A stretch of 37,192 bases of DNA. It comes from an uncultured archaeon. Lineage in GTDB: Archaea; Asgardarchaeota; Lokiarchaeia; Sigyniarchaeales; SOKP01. Below the pieces are notes generated by a model that was given only the letters and a program-made list of their open reading frames with translations, did not search any database and had not been told where the DNA came from. Below are positions 9,201-18,679 of the stretch, in pieces. The translations under genes and the position numbers were made by a program. Each line of letters begins with the position of its first letter. Position 1 is the stretch's first letter. The stretch spans positions 1-37,192 of the forward strand of contig CAYLZE010000045.1 of assembly GCA_964388035.1 (NCBI GenBank), written 5' to 3'.

Positions 9201-10709
9201 TCAAGCTCCCGGTAGATCTATTGATCCTTCGGATGAATCAAATCCTTCTGCCAGGCGATATTCCTCCATTGTTCGCTTCGCTACCATTTTTATATAGTCT
9301 TCTATTCCTTTCTCCACTTCAGGACTTAATCCTGGACCTTTTTGAGTGCTAAGGATCTGTTCTACTTTTTCTCGGGCTTTATCCATGATGTCTAAAGCAC
9401 CTTCTCTCAACCAAATTCCTCTTCGTTGCCTGTTCGCTAATGCGGGTACTACCAGTTCCTTTCTCGTGTTTTTGGCAGTATGGCGAAGACTCAAGTAATT
9501 CTTCCCTGTTTTCGCCACTTCCATGATTTCTTTCACCGCAAGCGCTTCTTCGTCCATTCTAATACCTTCCAAACCCCTATTAATGATACTGATAAGTTCA
9601 TCATCAATTACCAATAATTCAAATGCCTCTGAAAGAGAACTCTCATAGGTTCCCGCACAGGTAATGTAATTAATCCCCGCTTGGGCAGAACAGAATAAAG
9701 TCATTAACCGTTCATACCCATTCTGGATATCGAAACATTTTGATTCCGTTACTGCTCCAGGACCCCGGGAGGGGATATTATAATGACGAGCCAGTTGGGC
9801 CATGCCTGCGGTGATCAGTCCAGTTTCAATCGATCCCCATGCAACATTTCCTGTAACGGGGTCCATGGGAGCAGACATGGTTGAAAAAAAGATAGGTGTT
9901 CCGGGATTAATGAGTTGCGTAAGCACGATAGATGATAAAATTTCCATGTTAGATTGTATCAGAAGACCTCCTAAAGTCACGGGGCCTGTCGCACCTGCAC
10001 TCGCAGCGGGAGCAATGATGAGGGGTTGCTTGTAATGGGCAAAAACAAACATCCCATTTAACATGATCCGAGTAAGGAATAAGGGACTGGTAGGATTAAA
10101 AAAACCTATTAATCTCGGGTGATTTTTAAGCTCGTTCTCTCCTCCCACGATTAGAGAAACGATATTCATCATATCTTGGGAAGCTGTTTTTCCATAACAG
10201 CCCAATCCATAGGGTTTTAAGCTATGTCTTGCCCATTCTCTGATGGCATGACAATGCAATTCTGTAAAATTAACGTCATTAGGCCATACATCCACGTGGC
10301 TCGCCACGATGTTTTTAAGGCTGTCCACGATGCGGATCTGCTTGATTGTATCCTCTAGAAGGGACTTTCTCACACCCTTTTTTTTGGTATTATCATAAAC
10401 GTTTACGGGAGTTCCCACTGTAGCATAATGAACGGATTGTGTGTCTATTTTAACATTATACGATCCATCCGAACCCCATAAAGTAAATGAATCGGGTACT
10501 TTTTTCAATTGTTCCGTTACTAACCCTCTAGGAAATTTGATATACAAGCTATTTTCTTTAGAATCTTGAATTGCACCGTGTTTTTTCAAAAGTTCTCTCG
10601 CTTCTTCTGTTTCCACCTTAATGCCGACTTCTTCCAATAAGTATAGGGTACTTTCGTGTACTTTTTCAATCTCTTGTTCCGAAAGTACTTTCATTTTGCT
10701 CATTTTCAA
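9201..10709 (-). CDS. Trimethylamine methyltransferase (MttB) superfamily protein, non-pyrrolysine
   Basis: KVLSEQEIEKVHE, NPTSPL, GATGPVTLGG, GSIETGLI, SK..D.Q.GYE and LVIDDE. No in-frame TAG. Confidence 0.9.
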   Translation of the reverse strand: MKMSKMKVLSEQEIEKVHESTLYLLEEVGIKVETEEARELLKKHGAIQDSKENSLYIKFPRGLVTEQLKKVPDSFTLWGSDGSYNVKIDTQSVHYATVGTPVNVYDNTKKKGVRKSLLEDTIKQIRIVDSLKNIVASHVDVWPNDVNFTELHCHAIREWARHSLKPYGLGCYGKTASQDMMNIVSLIVGGENELKNHPRLIGFFNPTSPLFLTRIMLNGMFVFAHYKQPLIIAPAASAGATGPVTLGGLLIQSNMEILSSIVLTQLINPGTPIFFSTMSAPMDPVTGNVAWGSIETGLITAGMAQLARHYNIPSRGPGAVTESKCFDIQNGYERLMTLFCSAQAGINYITCAGTYESSLSEAFELLVIDDELISIINRGLEGIRMDEEALAVKEIMEVAKTGKNYLSLRHTAKNTRKELVVPALANRQRRGIWLREGALDIMDKAREKVEQILSTQKGPGLSPEVEKGIEDYIKMVAKRTMEEYRLAEGFDSSEGSIDLPGA

Positions 10710-10902
10710 GAAAAGTGCACCATATTTGTAAGGTTTTTAATTTTTTAAAAGCAAGTTGATTAGAAATTACAATTCCTATTTATTATTGTGTAAAATTGTA
10801 TTCAAGTTTTCAAGTTTGGCTTTTTTAAAAAAATTTTTTTATCAATGGAATCAATTGAATATTAAAGAACATGCTAATAACTAAGTTGAAGAGTTAAGAA
10901 AA

Positions 10903-11553
10903 ATGACTTTAGAAGAAGATATTGAAAGTTCAATTTTAGACTTTGATGAGGAGGGATTGAAAAGCAGGTGCACTTCCGCCCTTTCCAATGGAGAAGCAAA
11001 TGCTCTTGAGATTTTAAATATCATTGGCAAGGTAATGACATTAGTTGGCAAAAAATTCGAAAGCGAAGAATATTTCTTGCCAGAGTTAATCATGAGTGCA
11101 AATATTGTCAAATCTGTCATTGATAATGTGTTAGATCCCGCCTTAAAACAAATGGGCCAGAAAAAGGAGAGTTTAGGAAAAGTAATAATTGGAACCGTGG
11201 AAGGAGACGTGCATAGCATCGGGAAAGACCTCATCGGTTCCTTCTTGTTTTCAAATGGGTTTGAAGTGTTTAATTTGGGCGAAGAAGTTCCTGCAGAAAA
11301 GTTTATCGAGACCGCAGAAAAAGAAAATGCTCAAGTTATCGGACTCTCTTCACTCCTCACCATGTCAATGGATTTCCAGAGACAAGTGATCCAAGAGCTA
11401 GAACATAGGGGACTCAGGAATAAATACAAGGTAATTGTGGGCGGTAGTCCCACGTCAGAAGAATGGGCCGAAATGATCGGAGCGGATGGTTGGGCGGATG
11501 ATGCCCTTGAAGCGGTTTCGCTGGTAAAAAAATTACTGAACATTGAAATTTAA
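10903..11553 (+). CDS. Corrinoid (B12-binding) protein, MttC/MtaC family
   Basis: Cap domain (EYFLPELIMSA) plus GTVEGDVHSIGK (DxHxxG), GLSSLLT and VIVGG. Confidence 0.95.
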   Translation: MTLEEDIESSILDFDEEGLKSRCTSALSNGEANALEILNIIGKVMTLVGKKFESEEYFLPELIMSANIVKSVIDNVLDPALKQMGQKKESLGKVIIGTVEGDVHSIGKDLIGSFLFSNGFEVFNLGEEVPAEKFIETAEKENAQVIGLSSLLTMSMDFQRQVIQELEHRGLRNKYKVIVGGSPTSEEWAEMIGADGWADDALEAVSLVKKLLNIEI

Positions 11554-11581
11554 ACACTACAGGACAAAGGGAGAAGTTAAA

Positions 11582-13111
11582 ATGAAATTTAAAAAAATAG
11601 ATTTATTCTCTAGTGATGAGATTGAACAGATCCATTCCACCAGCATGCAATTATTATCGGAAGTGGGCATTAAAATCGATTGTGCTGAAACGAGAGCATT
11701 ATTGAGCAAAAATGGAGCTGAAGTAGATGATAACAGTACCTTTGTGCGATTTCCCGAATCGCTTATTAAGGAAAAGCTGAAGTCCGTTCCTAAGTCTTTC
11801 ACTCTACATGGACCTAAAGATTCCTTCCATTTTGAAGTAAACACCGAGACCACGCAATTCGCAACGATTGGAACTCCTGTCAAAATTTACTCGCCAGAAA
11901 GCAAAAAGGGAGTCCGTAAAACCGTAATGGAAGATACTATCACCCAGATCCGCATCGTGGATAGCCTGAAAAACATCGTGGCGAGCCACGTGGATGTATG
12001 GCCGAATGACATCAATTACCTTGCTCTCCATGTTCATTGCATTTATCAATGGGCTAAGAACACGAGAAAAGCTTATGGTCTGGGATGTATTGGTAAATTA
12101 GCAAGTCAAGACATGATGAACATGGTAGCAATCGTTGTGGGGGGCGATGAGGAATTAATCAATAAACCGCGCCTCATCGGATTCATGAATCCTACTTCCC
12201 CACTTCATTTGCCCCAAATAATGACAAATGGGTTTTCAATCTTTGCAAAATATAAGCAACCCACAATCATCGCTCCAGAAGCTCTGGCAGGAACGTCTGC
12301 TCCCGTGACCATCGCGGGACTCCTCGCTCAAACGAACGCAGAAATTGTAGGAAGTGCCGTACTTTCTCAGATTTATAATCCTGGAGCACCCATCTTTTTT
12401 GGAACGGTTTCCCACGCGACAGACATGAGGTCTGGCAATTCTGCTTTAGGCTCGGTTGAAACAGGGTTAATCACCGCGGGTATCGCTCAATTAGCACGTT
12501 TTTATCACATCCCTTCTCGGGGGCCAGGTGCAGTTACGGATTCTAAATTATTGGATTTACAGAACGGATATGAACGGATGCAAACATTAATGTGGGCGGC
12601 TTTAGCGGGTATTAACTACATTACGTGTGCGGGAACGTATGAAGCAACCCTGAGTGAAGCTCTTGAATTGCTGGTAATTGACGATGAATTGATAGATATG
12701 ATTAAAAGAGCGTTAGAAGGGGTATCCGTGAGCGAAGAAACGTTGGCAATAGATTTGATCAAGAAAGTGGCGTTAAGCGAGAAAAAAGGCTCAAACTTCT
12801 TAGGAGAAATGCACACTATTAAATTTAGTAAAAAAGAATTGGTAATACCCTCCTTATCAGATAGAAATAGAAGAAATACGTGGTATAAAAAAGGTTCGAA
12901 AGATATGATCTCCGTTGCCCGAGAAAAAGTAGATGCTCTGCTCCAGAATTATACTCCCCCCCAACTTGATTCCGGCATCGAAATGCAATTAAAAGAGTAT
13001 ATTAAAACTGTAGAAGGGAGATCTTTTGACTATTATAAGCAAGTGGAAGGAATTAGCTCTGGCACGGTTTCGATTAGCGGCGTTGGAGAAATTAAATCAG
13101 AGGATAAGTAG
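11582..13111 (+). CDS. MttB superfamily methyltransferase, non-pyrrolysine (paralog of 9201-10709)
   Basis: Same motifs as the paralog, with shared blocks QIRIVDSLKNIVASHVDVWPND and GINYITCAGTYE. ATG 11582 is preferred over TTG 11543. Confidence 0.9.
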   Translation: MKFKKIDLFSSDEIEQIHSTSMQLLSEVGIKIDCAETRALLSKNGAEVDDNSTFVRFPESLIKEKLKSVPKSFTLHGPKDSFHFEVNTETTQFATIGTPVKIYSPESKKGVRKTVMEDTITQIRIVDSLKNIVASHVDVWPNDINYLALHVHCIYQWAKNTRKAYGLGCIGKLASQDMMNMVAIVVGGDEELINKPRLIGFMNPTSPLHLPQIMTNGFSIFAKYKQPTIIAPEALAGTSAPVTIAGLLAQTNAEIVGSAVLSQIYNPGAPIFFGTVSHATDMRSGNSALGSVETGLITAGIAQLARFYHIPSRGPGAVTDSKLLDLQNGYERMQTLMWAALAGINYITCAGTYEATLSEALELLVIDDELIDMIKRALEGVSVSEETLAIDLIKKVALSEKKGSNFLGEMHTIKFSKKELVIPSLSDRNRRNTWYKKGSKDMISVAREKVDALLQNYTPPQLDSGIEMQLKEYIKTVEGRSFDYYKQVEGISSGTVSISGVGEIKSEDK

Positions 13112-13230
13112 AAATAAAGAAATTCTTAATCAAGAGTATTCACTTTCTTTTCAATTTTCATTTTAAAATTTTGTTTTCCCAAACCTTATTGACTCATTTT
13201 AATATTAGTATCATTTAACTAATCCCATCC

Positions 13231-13247
13231 AAAAAATTAATATTAAA
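13231..13247 (+). promoter_or_regulatory. Putative BRE/TATA box of the uS13-uS4-uS11 operon
   Basis: AAAAAA-TTAATATTAAA about 25-35 nt upstream of ATG 13272. The AT-rich background lowers specificity. Confidence 0.4.
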
Positions 13248-13271
13248 CTCAGTATTTTATATTTTTACAAC

Positions 13272-13786
13272 ATGTCATATTGGTGCATTTATTGTCAGTA
13301 ACTCCTATTCGACCTTCGAATTTCAAGGAAAAAGTCTTTTTTCGTAAACTAAGAACCCAAGTGGATGGAAATAGCAAATTAGAATTTGCTCTAACTCAAA
13401 TTAAAGGGGTAGGAAAGAGATTCGCTCAAGCCGTCATAAAAGTCTCTGAAGTAGATCCCAGAATTCGAATTGGCACCATCTCAGAACGGGATTTAAACGA
13501 ACTTGAAGAAATCATCATGGCGCCCGCTGAGCATGGGATCCCATCTTACCTATTGAATCGTAGAAAAGACCCTAGAACAGGCACCGATTCGCAAATCCTC
13601 GGCAGTCAATTAGAAATTTCCGTGAAACGAGATATAGATAAAATGAAGAGGATTAAAAGTTATAAGGGAGTGAGACATCACCTGGGACTAAAAGTAAGAG
13701 GACAGAGGACTAAAAGCACGGGCAGACACGGATTAGTTGTTGGTGTCGTCAGAAGAAGATTAGCACAGAAAGGAAATAAAGCGTGA
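13272..13786 (+). CDS. rps13: 30S ribosomal protein uS13; proposed join(13272..13278,13317..13786), otherwise TTG start at 13280
   Basis: LTQIKGVG, SYKGVRH and LKVRGQRTKSTGR make the identity certain. The 5' structure is uncertain (see findings). Confidence 0.93.
13279..13316 (+). other. Candidate 38-nt intron with degenerate BHB geometry in rps13
   Basis: UGUC-AU^A ... GACC-UU^C, with 3 of 4 central pairs. Removal yields MSSNFKEK in frame. The flanking helices are poor. Confidence 0.45.
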
Positions 13787-13797
13787 GGGTTTAAATT

Positions 13798-14316
13798 ATG
13801 GGAGATCCGCGTAGATTAAGAAAAAAATATAAGAAACCACGTCATCCTTTTCAAAAAGCCCGAATTCTAGAAGAACTCGAATTTGTTGGAAAGTATGGCT
13901 TGAGAAATAAAACGGAATTTTGGAAGATGCGCTCCAAATTAGCAAATTGGAGAGATTTGGCACGACAATCCCGAGCTCTACCTGAAGAAAGAGCAAGAGA
14001 AGTACAACAGATCTTATTAAAAAAATTGAATAGATTAGGAATAATCGGTTCTGAAGCGCAATTCGATGATATTTTGCTTTTAACCGTTGAAGATGTCTTG
14101 AAAAGACGACTACAAACATTAGTTTTTGAAAAAGGACTAGCTAGAACCATTTATCACGCAAGGCAATTGATCGTACACGGGCACATTCAAGTTAGGGCTA
14201 ATAAAATAACTGCTCCTTCCTATTTGGTTAAATCAGATGAAGATGATTTGATTTTATTTGCGGCAAACAGTCCCTTTGCCGGAAAGAAAGTAGAACAAGC
14301 CACAAGAGGTAAGTAA
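13798..14316 (+). CDS. rps4: 30S ribosomal protein uS4 (archaeal type)
   Basis: [24 protein letters not shown] and [10 protein letters not shown]. Confidence 0.97.
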   Translation: MGDPRRLRKKYKKPRHPFQKARILEELEFVGKYGLRNKTEFWKMRSKLANWRDLARQSRALPEERAREVQQILLKKLNRLGIIGSEAQFDDILLLTVEDVLKRRLQTLVFEKGLARTIYHARQLIVHGHIQVRANKITAPSYLVKSDEDDLILFAANSPFAGKKVEQATRGK

Positions 14317-14317
14317 A

Positions 14318-14710
14318 ATGAGTAAAAGAATCCTTTGGGCAATCGTGCATATTTTTAGTAGCTACAACAATACGCTCGTGACGGCCACTGATCTCTCAGG
14401 AGCAGAGACCTTTTCTAAATGTAGTGGAGGAATGGTGGTTAAAGCAGACCGGGATGAATCTAATCCATACGCTGCCATGCAATGTGGTTTTAGAGTAGCA
14501 AATGATTTGATGGATAAAGGAATTAGAGGGGTTCATATAAAAGTGAGAGCACCGGGAGGAAATAAGTCTCAAACTCCTGGACCTGGAGCCCAAGCATGTA
14601 TTCGAGCTTTAGCTAGAGCTGGTCTTCATGTGGGTCGAATTGAAGAAGTGACTCCCCGATCACACGACCATTCGCGAAGAAAAGGCGGGCATCGTGGCAG
14701 AAGAGTTTAA
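14318..14710 (+). CDS. rps11: 30S ribosomal protein uS11
   Basis: [32 protein letters not shown] and RRKGG.RGRRV. Confidence 0.97.
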   Translation: MSKRILWAIVHIFSSYNNTLVTATDLSGAETFSKCSGGMVVKADRDESNPYAAMQCGFRVANDLMDKGIRGVHIKVRAPGGNKSQTPGPGAQACIRALARAGLHVGRIEEVTPRSHDHSRRKGGHRGRRV

Positions 14711-15011
14711 AAAAAGAATGTACGGAATTATTTCTTATTGAATAAATTTCAAGTCTTGAGATTTCTATTCTTTTTCCTATTTGTTTTTGATTATACCGAA
14801 ATCATTTTTTAGATTCATGACTCCTCTCATGCGTGGAGTTTAGTTACCATCAGATACATTTTTAGATAAAGAAATGAAAAAAACCTCCCTATAAATGCAA
14901 TTGGTTAAAAAGTAGAGTCAAAGTAAATTTAATTAAGTATCTCTTAAATTATAACTTATTAGTTTTAAATTACTTCAATATATTTAGAATTAACCTGTAT
15001 GGGAATTAAAT

Positions 15012-16178
15012 TTGACAAGTAAAATTGAATCAATAAAATTGACCCCCATCCACGTTCCCTTTAAGCCTGCTGTAAGAAAAGCCATGGCGGAAAGTGAAGG
15101 GGGACTAGGAATGGCAATTGGAGCCGAGGAAGCGTGGTTGGGGGGCGATTTCGTCACATGCCAAATGGCAGATAATCAAGGTAATGAGGGGTTAGGGGAA
15201 GTATTCTTATGGTTACCTGAAACGGGTATTTCTCCCGAGCAAGTTATTGATAGTATTGAAAAAAGTTTGTCTAAATATATCATCGGAGAAAATCCCTTTA
15301 ATATTCAAAAAATCAATCATAGAATGGACATCAACCTTGCCCGTAATGACGTGGCGAAAGGCCTGCTGGACATGGCATGTTATGATTTAATGGGAAAAGC
15401 TAAAGAAGTACCTGTTTGTGAGCTAATTGGAGGAAGAAATGTCGAAAAAATTCCTTTAGCGGCGCTCATTCCCCTTGGAGAACCAATGTTAATGAAAGGG
15501 TTGGTGAGAAGTTATTATAAGAAGGGGTATCGGACCTTTCGATTAAAATTGGGAAAAAGCGTTCAAAAAGATGTAGAAATTGTGGATACCATTAGGAAGA
15601 CCTTTGGGAATGAAATCCGTTTACGCGTGGATTATAATCAAGCTTATACGCCACAAATGGCCATCAAAGCTATTGAAGCCATTACTCCCTATCAGATTGA
15701 TTATGCGGAACAACCCGTAAAAATCGTGGATTATATTGGAATGGCTCACGTTCAAAAAAGTGTCAAAGTTCCTTTATTATCTCATGAAGGATGTTTTTCA
15801 TTGCAGGATTTTGTCACCTTAGTAGAGCTGGGGGCGGTTAAAGTGTTAGGAATTAATTCTGAACGTCCCGGAGGCATTACTAAAGCTCTTAAAGCTTTGA
15901 ATTATGCGGAAATTAGAGGGTTGGGAGTAGTTTTTCATAATCAACCACTTGGAATCTCGTCTGCATTTCAAATTCACATGGTAGCTTCTCATATTTATTC
16001 AATAGAGCATGCTACGGAACTATTTGGACAAGAAATGCTTGAAGATGATTTAATTGTTAAACCTTTGGAGATATCAGATGGAATGGTAAAGGTTCCAGAG
16101 GGTTCCGGATGGGGGATTCAATTGGATGAAATAGCCATGAAAAAATATATTACAAGTTCTCCTTTGACCTTGGAATAA
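15012..16178 (+). CDS. Enolase superfamily enzyme (mandelate racemase/muconate lactonizing subgroup)
   Basis: LDMACYDLMGK, RLKLG, RVDYNQ, EQP, HE and VKVPEGSGWGI. Confidence 0.88.
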   Translation: MTSKIESIKLTPIHVPFKPAVRKAMAESEGGLGMAIGAEEAWLGGDFVTCQMADNQGNEGLGEVFLWLPETGISPEQVIDSIEKSLSKYIIGENPFNIQKINHRMDINLARNDVAKGLLDMACYDLMGKAKEVPVCELIGGRNVEKIPLAALIPLGEPMLMKGLVRSYYKKGYRTFRLKLGKSVQKDVEIVDTIRKTFGNEIRLRVDYNQAYTPQMAIKAIEAITPYQIDYAEQPVKIVDYIGMAHVQKSVKVPLLSHEGCFSLQDFVTLVELGAVKVLGINSERPGGITKALKALNYAEIRGLGVVFHNQPLGISSAFQIHMVASHIYSIEHATELFGQEMLEDDLIVKPLEISDGMVKVPEGSGWGIQLDEIAMKKYITSSPLTLE

Positions 16179-16450
16179 AAATATTTAAAAATCATTTATT
16201 TTCAATTGATCTTATCCATTCATTCTTATCTTTCTACATTGCTCATTATTGGATTTTTAAATGACCTTATTCATATTATCAACGTGATAATCAATTTAAT
16301 AAAGCAAAATTTCGATGATTTTTTTTACATCTTTACAAAAAAAGATATATTGCTACTATTCTTACATTAAAGTGTAATTAATATTCAATTTCATCATATA
16401 ATCAATATAAAATTATACAAATATTAAATTAAATCAACATAAAGCGATAG

Positions 16451-18526
16451 ATGAGTGAAGATTTAAATTTTCAATCCTTAATAGCGGAAGTAAAAGAACT
16501 CCATTCTTTACTAACTAAAGGAGAACCTACTCCCGATGAGGAAATAGAAGCAAGGGATAAATTTATTCAATTATTCGAAAATCTTAGAGCGGTTGCTACT
16601 GAACCCAAGATCCAAACTCTTATAGAAGAATCTTTGGAGAAACTTGAATCGTGGGATGCCTTGGAGCTATGGTTCAATGAAGTACCGGATCTTTCGAAAA
16701 AGATTAATCAATTAATTAAAGTCACGGGAATAGAGCTATCAGGTCCTTCCTCTCCGCTTCAGGAATCTCCCGGGAGTCAAGTCACGGAAAAATCGAGGGA
16801 ACCTGCGAATATTGATGTAGAACAAGTGGTTGAAAAAGTATCAGAACAATTTAAAAGTGAAATTTCTGCTCTAAAAGATGAAATTAAAAGGCTTCAAGGC
16901 GAATTCACCCAAAAAGAGTCAATTATTGAAGAAGATAGAGAAACAAGTAGAAAACCAACGATTCCCATTAAAGAACAAAGTGGTAAAAAAGAAGAAATTA
17001 AATTGACGCCCCCAGAAATAAAGATACCAAAGCTCATCCTTCCAAAAAAGTCAACACCCTTTAAAAGGGAATTTTCTACTGCAGAAAAGATAGAAGAAGC
17101 TAACGTGGTTCAATTAGAAGGTATAGAAGAAGAGAAAGGGCATTCAGATAAATTAACTGATCGCGTAAAGAAGTTGGAAGAATTGATATCTCCGATTAAG
17201 AAAGAGATCCCAGATGAAGAAAAGCCATCTGAGGAATTTCCACTTATTACTCAAGACGAAATTCAGTCTTTTGAAGAACCCACAAATTTAAAGAAAGTCG
17301 AGCAGCTTATTCCTCCAGACATTAAAAAGCAATCTATTCTCGATAAAGATTTACGCGAGATGATTCAGGAAAAAGAGTCTACAGACATTATTTCTGAAAT
17401 AACCAAAGACTCTCTCGAGACTGGTCCATCGCTTGAAAGCACTGATAAAGACCAAATTTCTTCTGGAGAGTTTGAACAACCAAAAATTCCCGACTTTGAA
17501 GTTTCAGAAATTTTCCGAGAGCCCGAATTTGTCCATGAATCCATTCAAAGCTCCACAGAACAAAGCCTAGATCAAGGTAATCCTCCGAATAAAATAATTG
17601 ACACGGAACTAAATTCGATAGAATCTCAAATAAAGGGTCCCCCTCCTCCCATAATTTTCAAATCCACAGAAAAGTTATCTCCTATACCTGTAGATCCAAC
17701 AAAGGCAAAAACTAAGTCAGAGAATCTGAGTCCCGTTCCAGAAAAACCAGACATGCACTCATCTGACTTACCCGCTAAAAAGTCAAAAATAACTCTTGAA
17801 GTAAGGGAAGAACCCACCCTCAGAGAAGAATCGACTACGGTTCCCTTTATTGCCGCACAGAAAAGTAAGAAGCATGTTTCTATAGTTTCTGAAGTTATAG
17901 AAGAAGCTTCACCAATGACAAAGGATGCGGCTGGCCCTTTCGTTCAAAAAAAGGTATCTAAAAAGGATGCCGACCAAGCACTTCCAATGTCAACAACGGA
18001 TAAAAAATCTGACAAGGAAAAAGAGGACGCTACAGCTATTCCCTTCCTATTAAATATCCAAAAAGAAAAAAAAGGCGATCAGGGTCGTGATCTTTCTAAT
18101 CACCTAAAAACAAGTGGATCGACTTTATATAATACCTTTGCTTCACTTGGAAAGGAATCTCCTATATTAGATACTAAAAAGAAAAAAGAAACGCCTCCAT
18201 CCTCAAAAACGTCAATTAATTCTAAAAAAACCTCACGTATTCAGACTAAAGGTGGCGACCAAGGGGAGCGGGCTATTAGCGAGGACGTTATTCCCCTCGA
18301 TATTAATGCTTTTCCTCGTGATAAAGATAAGTTGTATCAAGAACTCATTTCTTTTGAAGGAAAAAGATACAACATAGAAAAGAAGCATAAAGAATTAGAA
18401 GAAAAACATAATAATGGCTTGCTGGACGATTTTGAATTCAATAATGAAGCAATGAAATTAAAAAAAGCACTTGATACTATCACGAATACCATAAATAGCA
18501 TTCGACAAATCATCTCGAGTCTTTAA
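16451..18526 (+). CDS. Hypothetical protein with helical termini and a long E/K/P/S-rich disordered middle
   Basis: 691-aa ORF with a coiled-coil-like segment near the N-terminus, a low-complexity centre and a helical C-terminal domain. Confidence 0.8.
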   Translation: MSEDLNFQSLIAEVKELHSLLTKGEPTPDEEIEARDKFIQLFENLRAVATEPKIQTLIEESLEKLESWDALELWFNEVPDLSKKINQLIKVTGIELSGPSSPLQESPGSQVTEKSREPANIDVEQVVEKVSEQFKSEISALKDEIKRLQGEFTQKESIIEEDRETSRKPTIPIKEQSGKKEEIKLTPPEIKIPKLILPKKSTPFKREFSTAEKIEEANVVQLEGIEEEKGHSDKLTDRVKKLEELISPIKKEIPDEEKPSEEFPLITQDEIQSFEEPTNLKKVEQLIPPDIKKQSILDKDLREMIQEKESTDIISEITKDSLETGPSLESTDKDQISSGEFEQPKIPDFEVSEIFREPEFVHESIQSSTEQSLDQGNPPNKIIDTELNSIESQIKGPPPPIIFKSTEKLSPIPVDPTKAKTKSENLSPVPEKPDMHSSDLPAKKSKITLEVREEPTLREESTTVPFIAAQKSKKHVSIVSEVIEEASPMTKDAAGPFVQKKVSKKDADQALPMSTTDKKSDKEKEDATAIPFLLNIQKEKKGDQGRDLSNHLKTSGSTLYNTFASLGKESPILDTKKKKETPPSSKTSINSKKTSRIQTKGGDQGERAISEDVIPLDINAFPRDKDKLYQELISFEGKRYNIEKKHKELEEKHNNGLLDDFEFNNEAMKLKKALDTITNTINSIRQIISSL

Positions 18527-18679
18527 AACTTGAATTCTCTATTGTTAAGTATACTCAAAACTCTTTTCTCATGTGTATTAGCCTATTTTACACCTTTATA
18601 TAGTAAATCACTATGATATCTGCAAGGGCAATGGTTCAATTTTCCATAATTTTTAAATAACCGAAAAGTTAATTAGATC

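Noticed and set aside
9201-13111. Pyrrolysine recoding in the MttB genes
   Set aside because: Both ORFs are full length with no in-frame TAG.
14817-14840. ATGA followed by a small hairpin after rps11 as a possible SECIS
   Set aside because: There is no opposing GA, the stem is short, and no upstream gene has an in-frame UGA.
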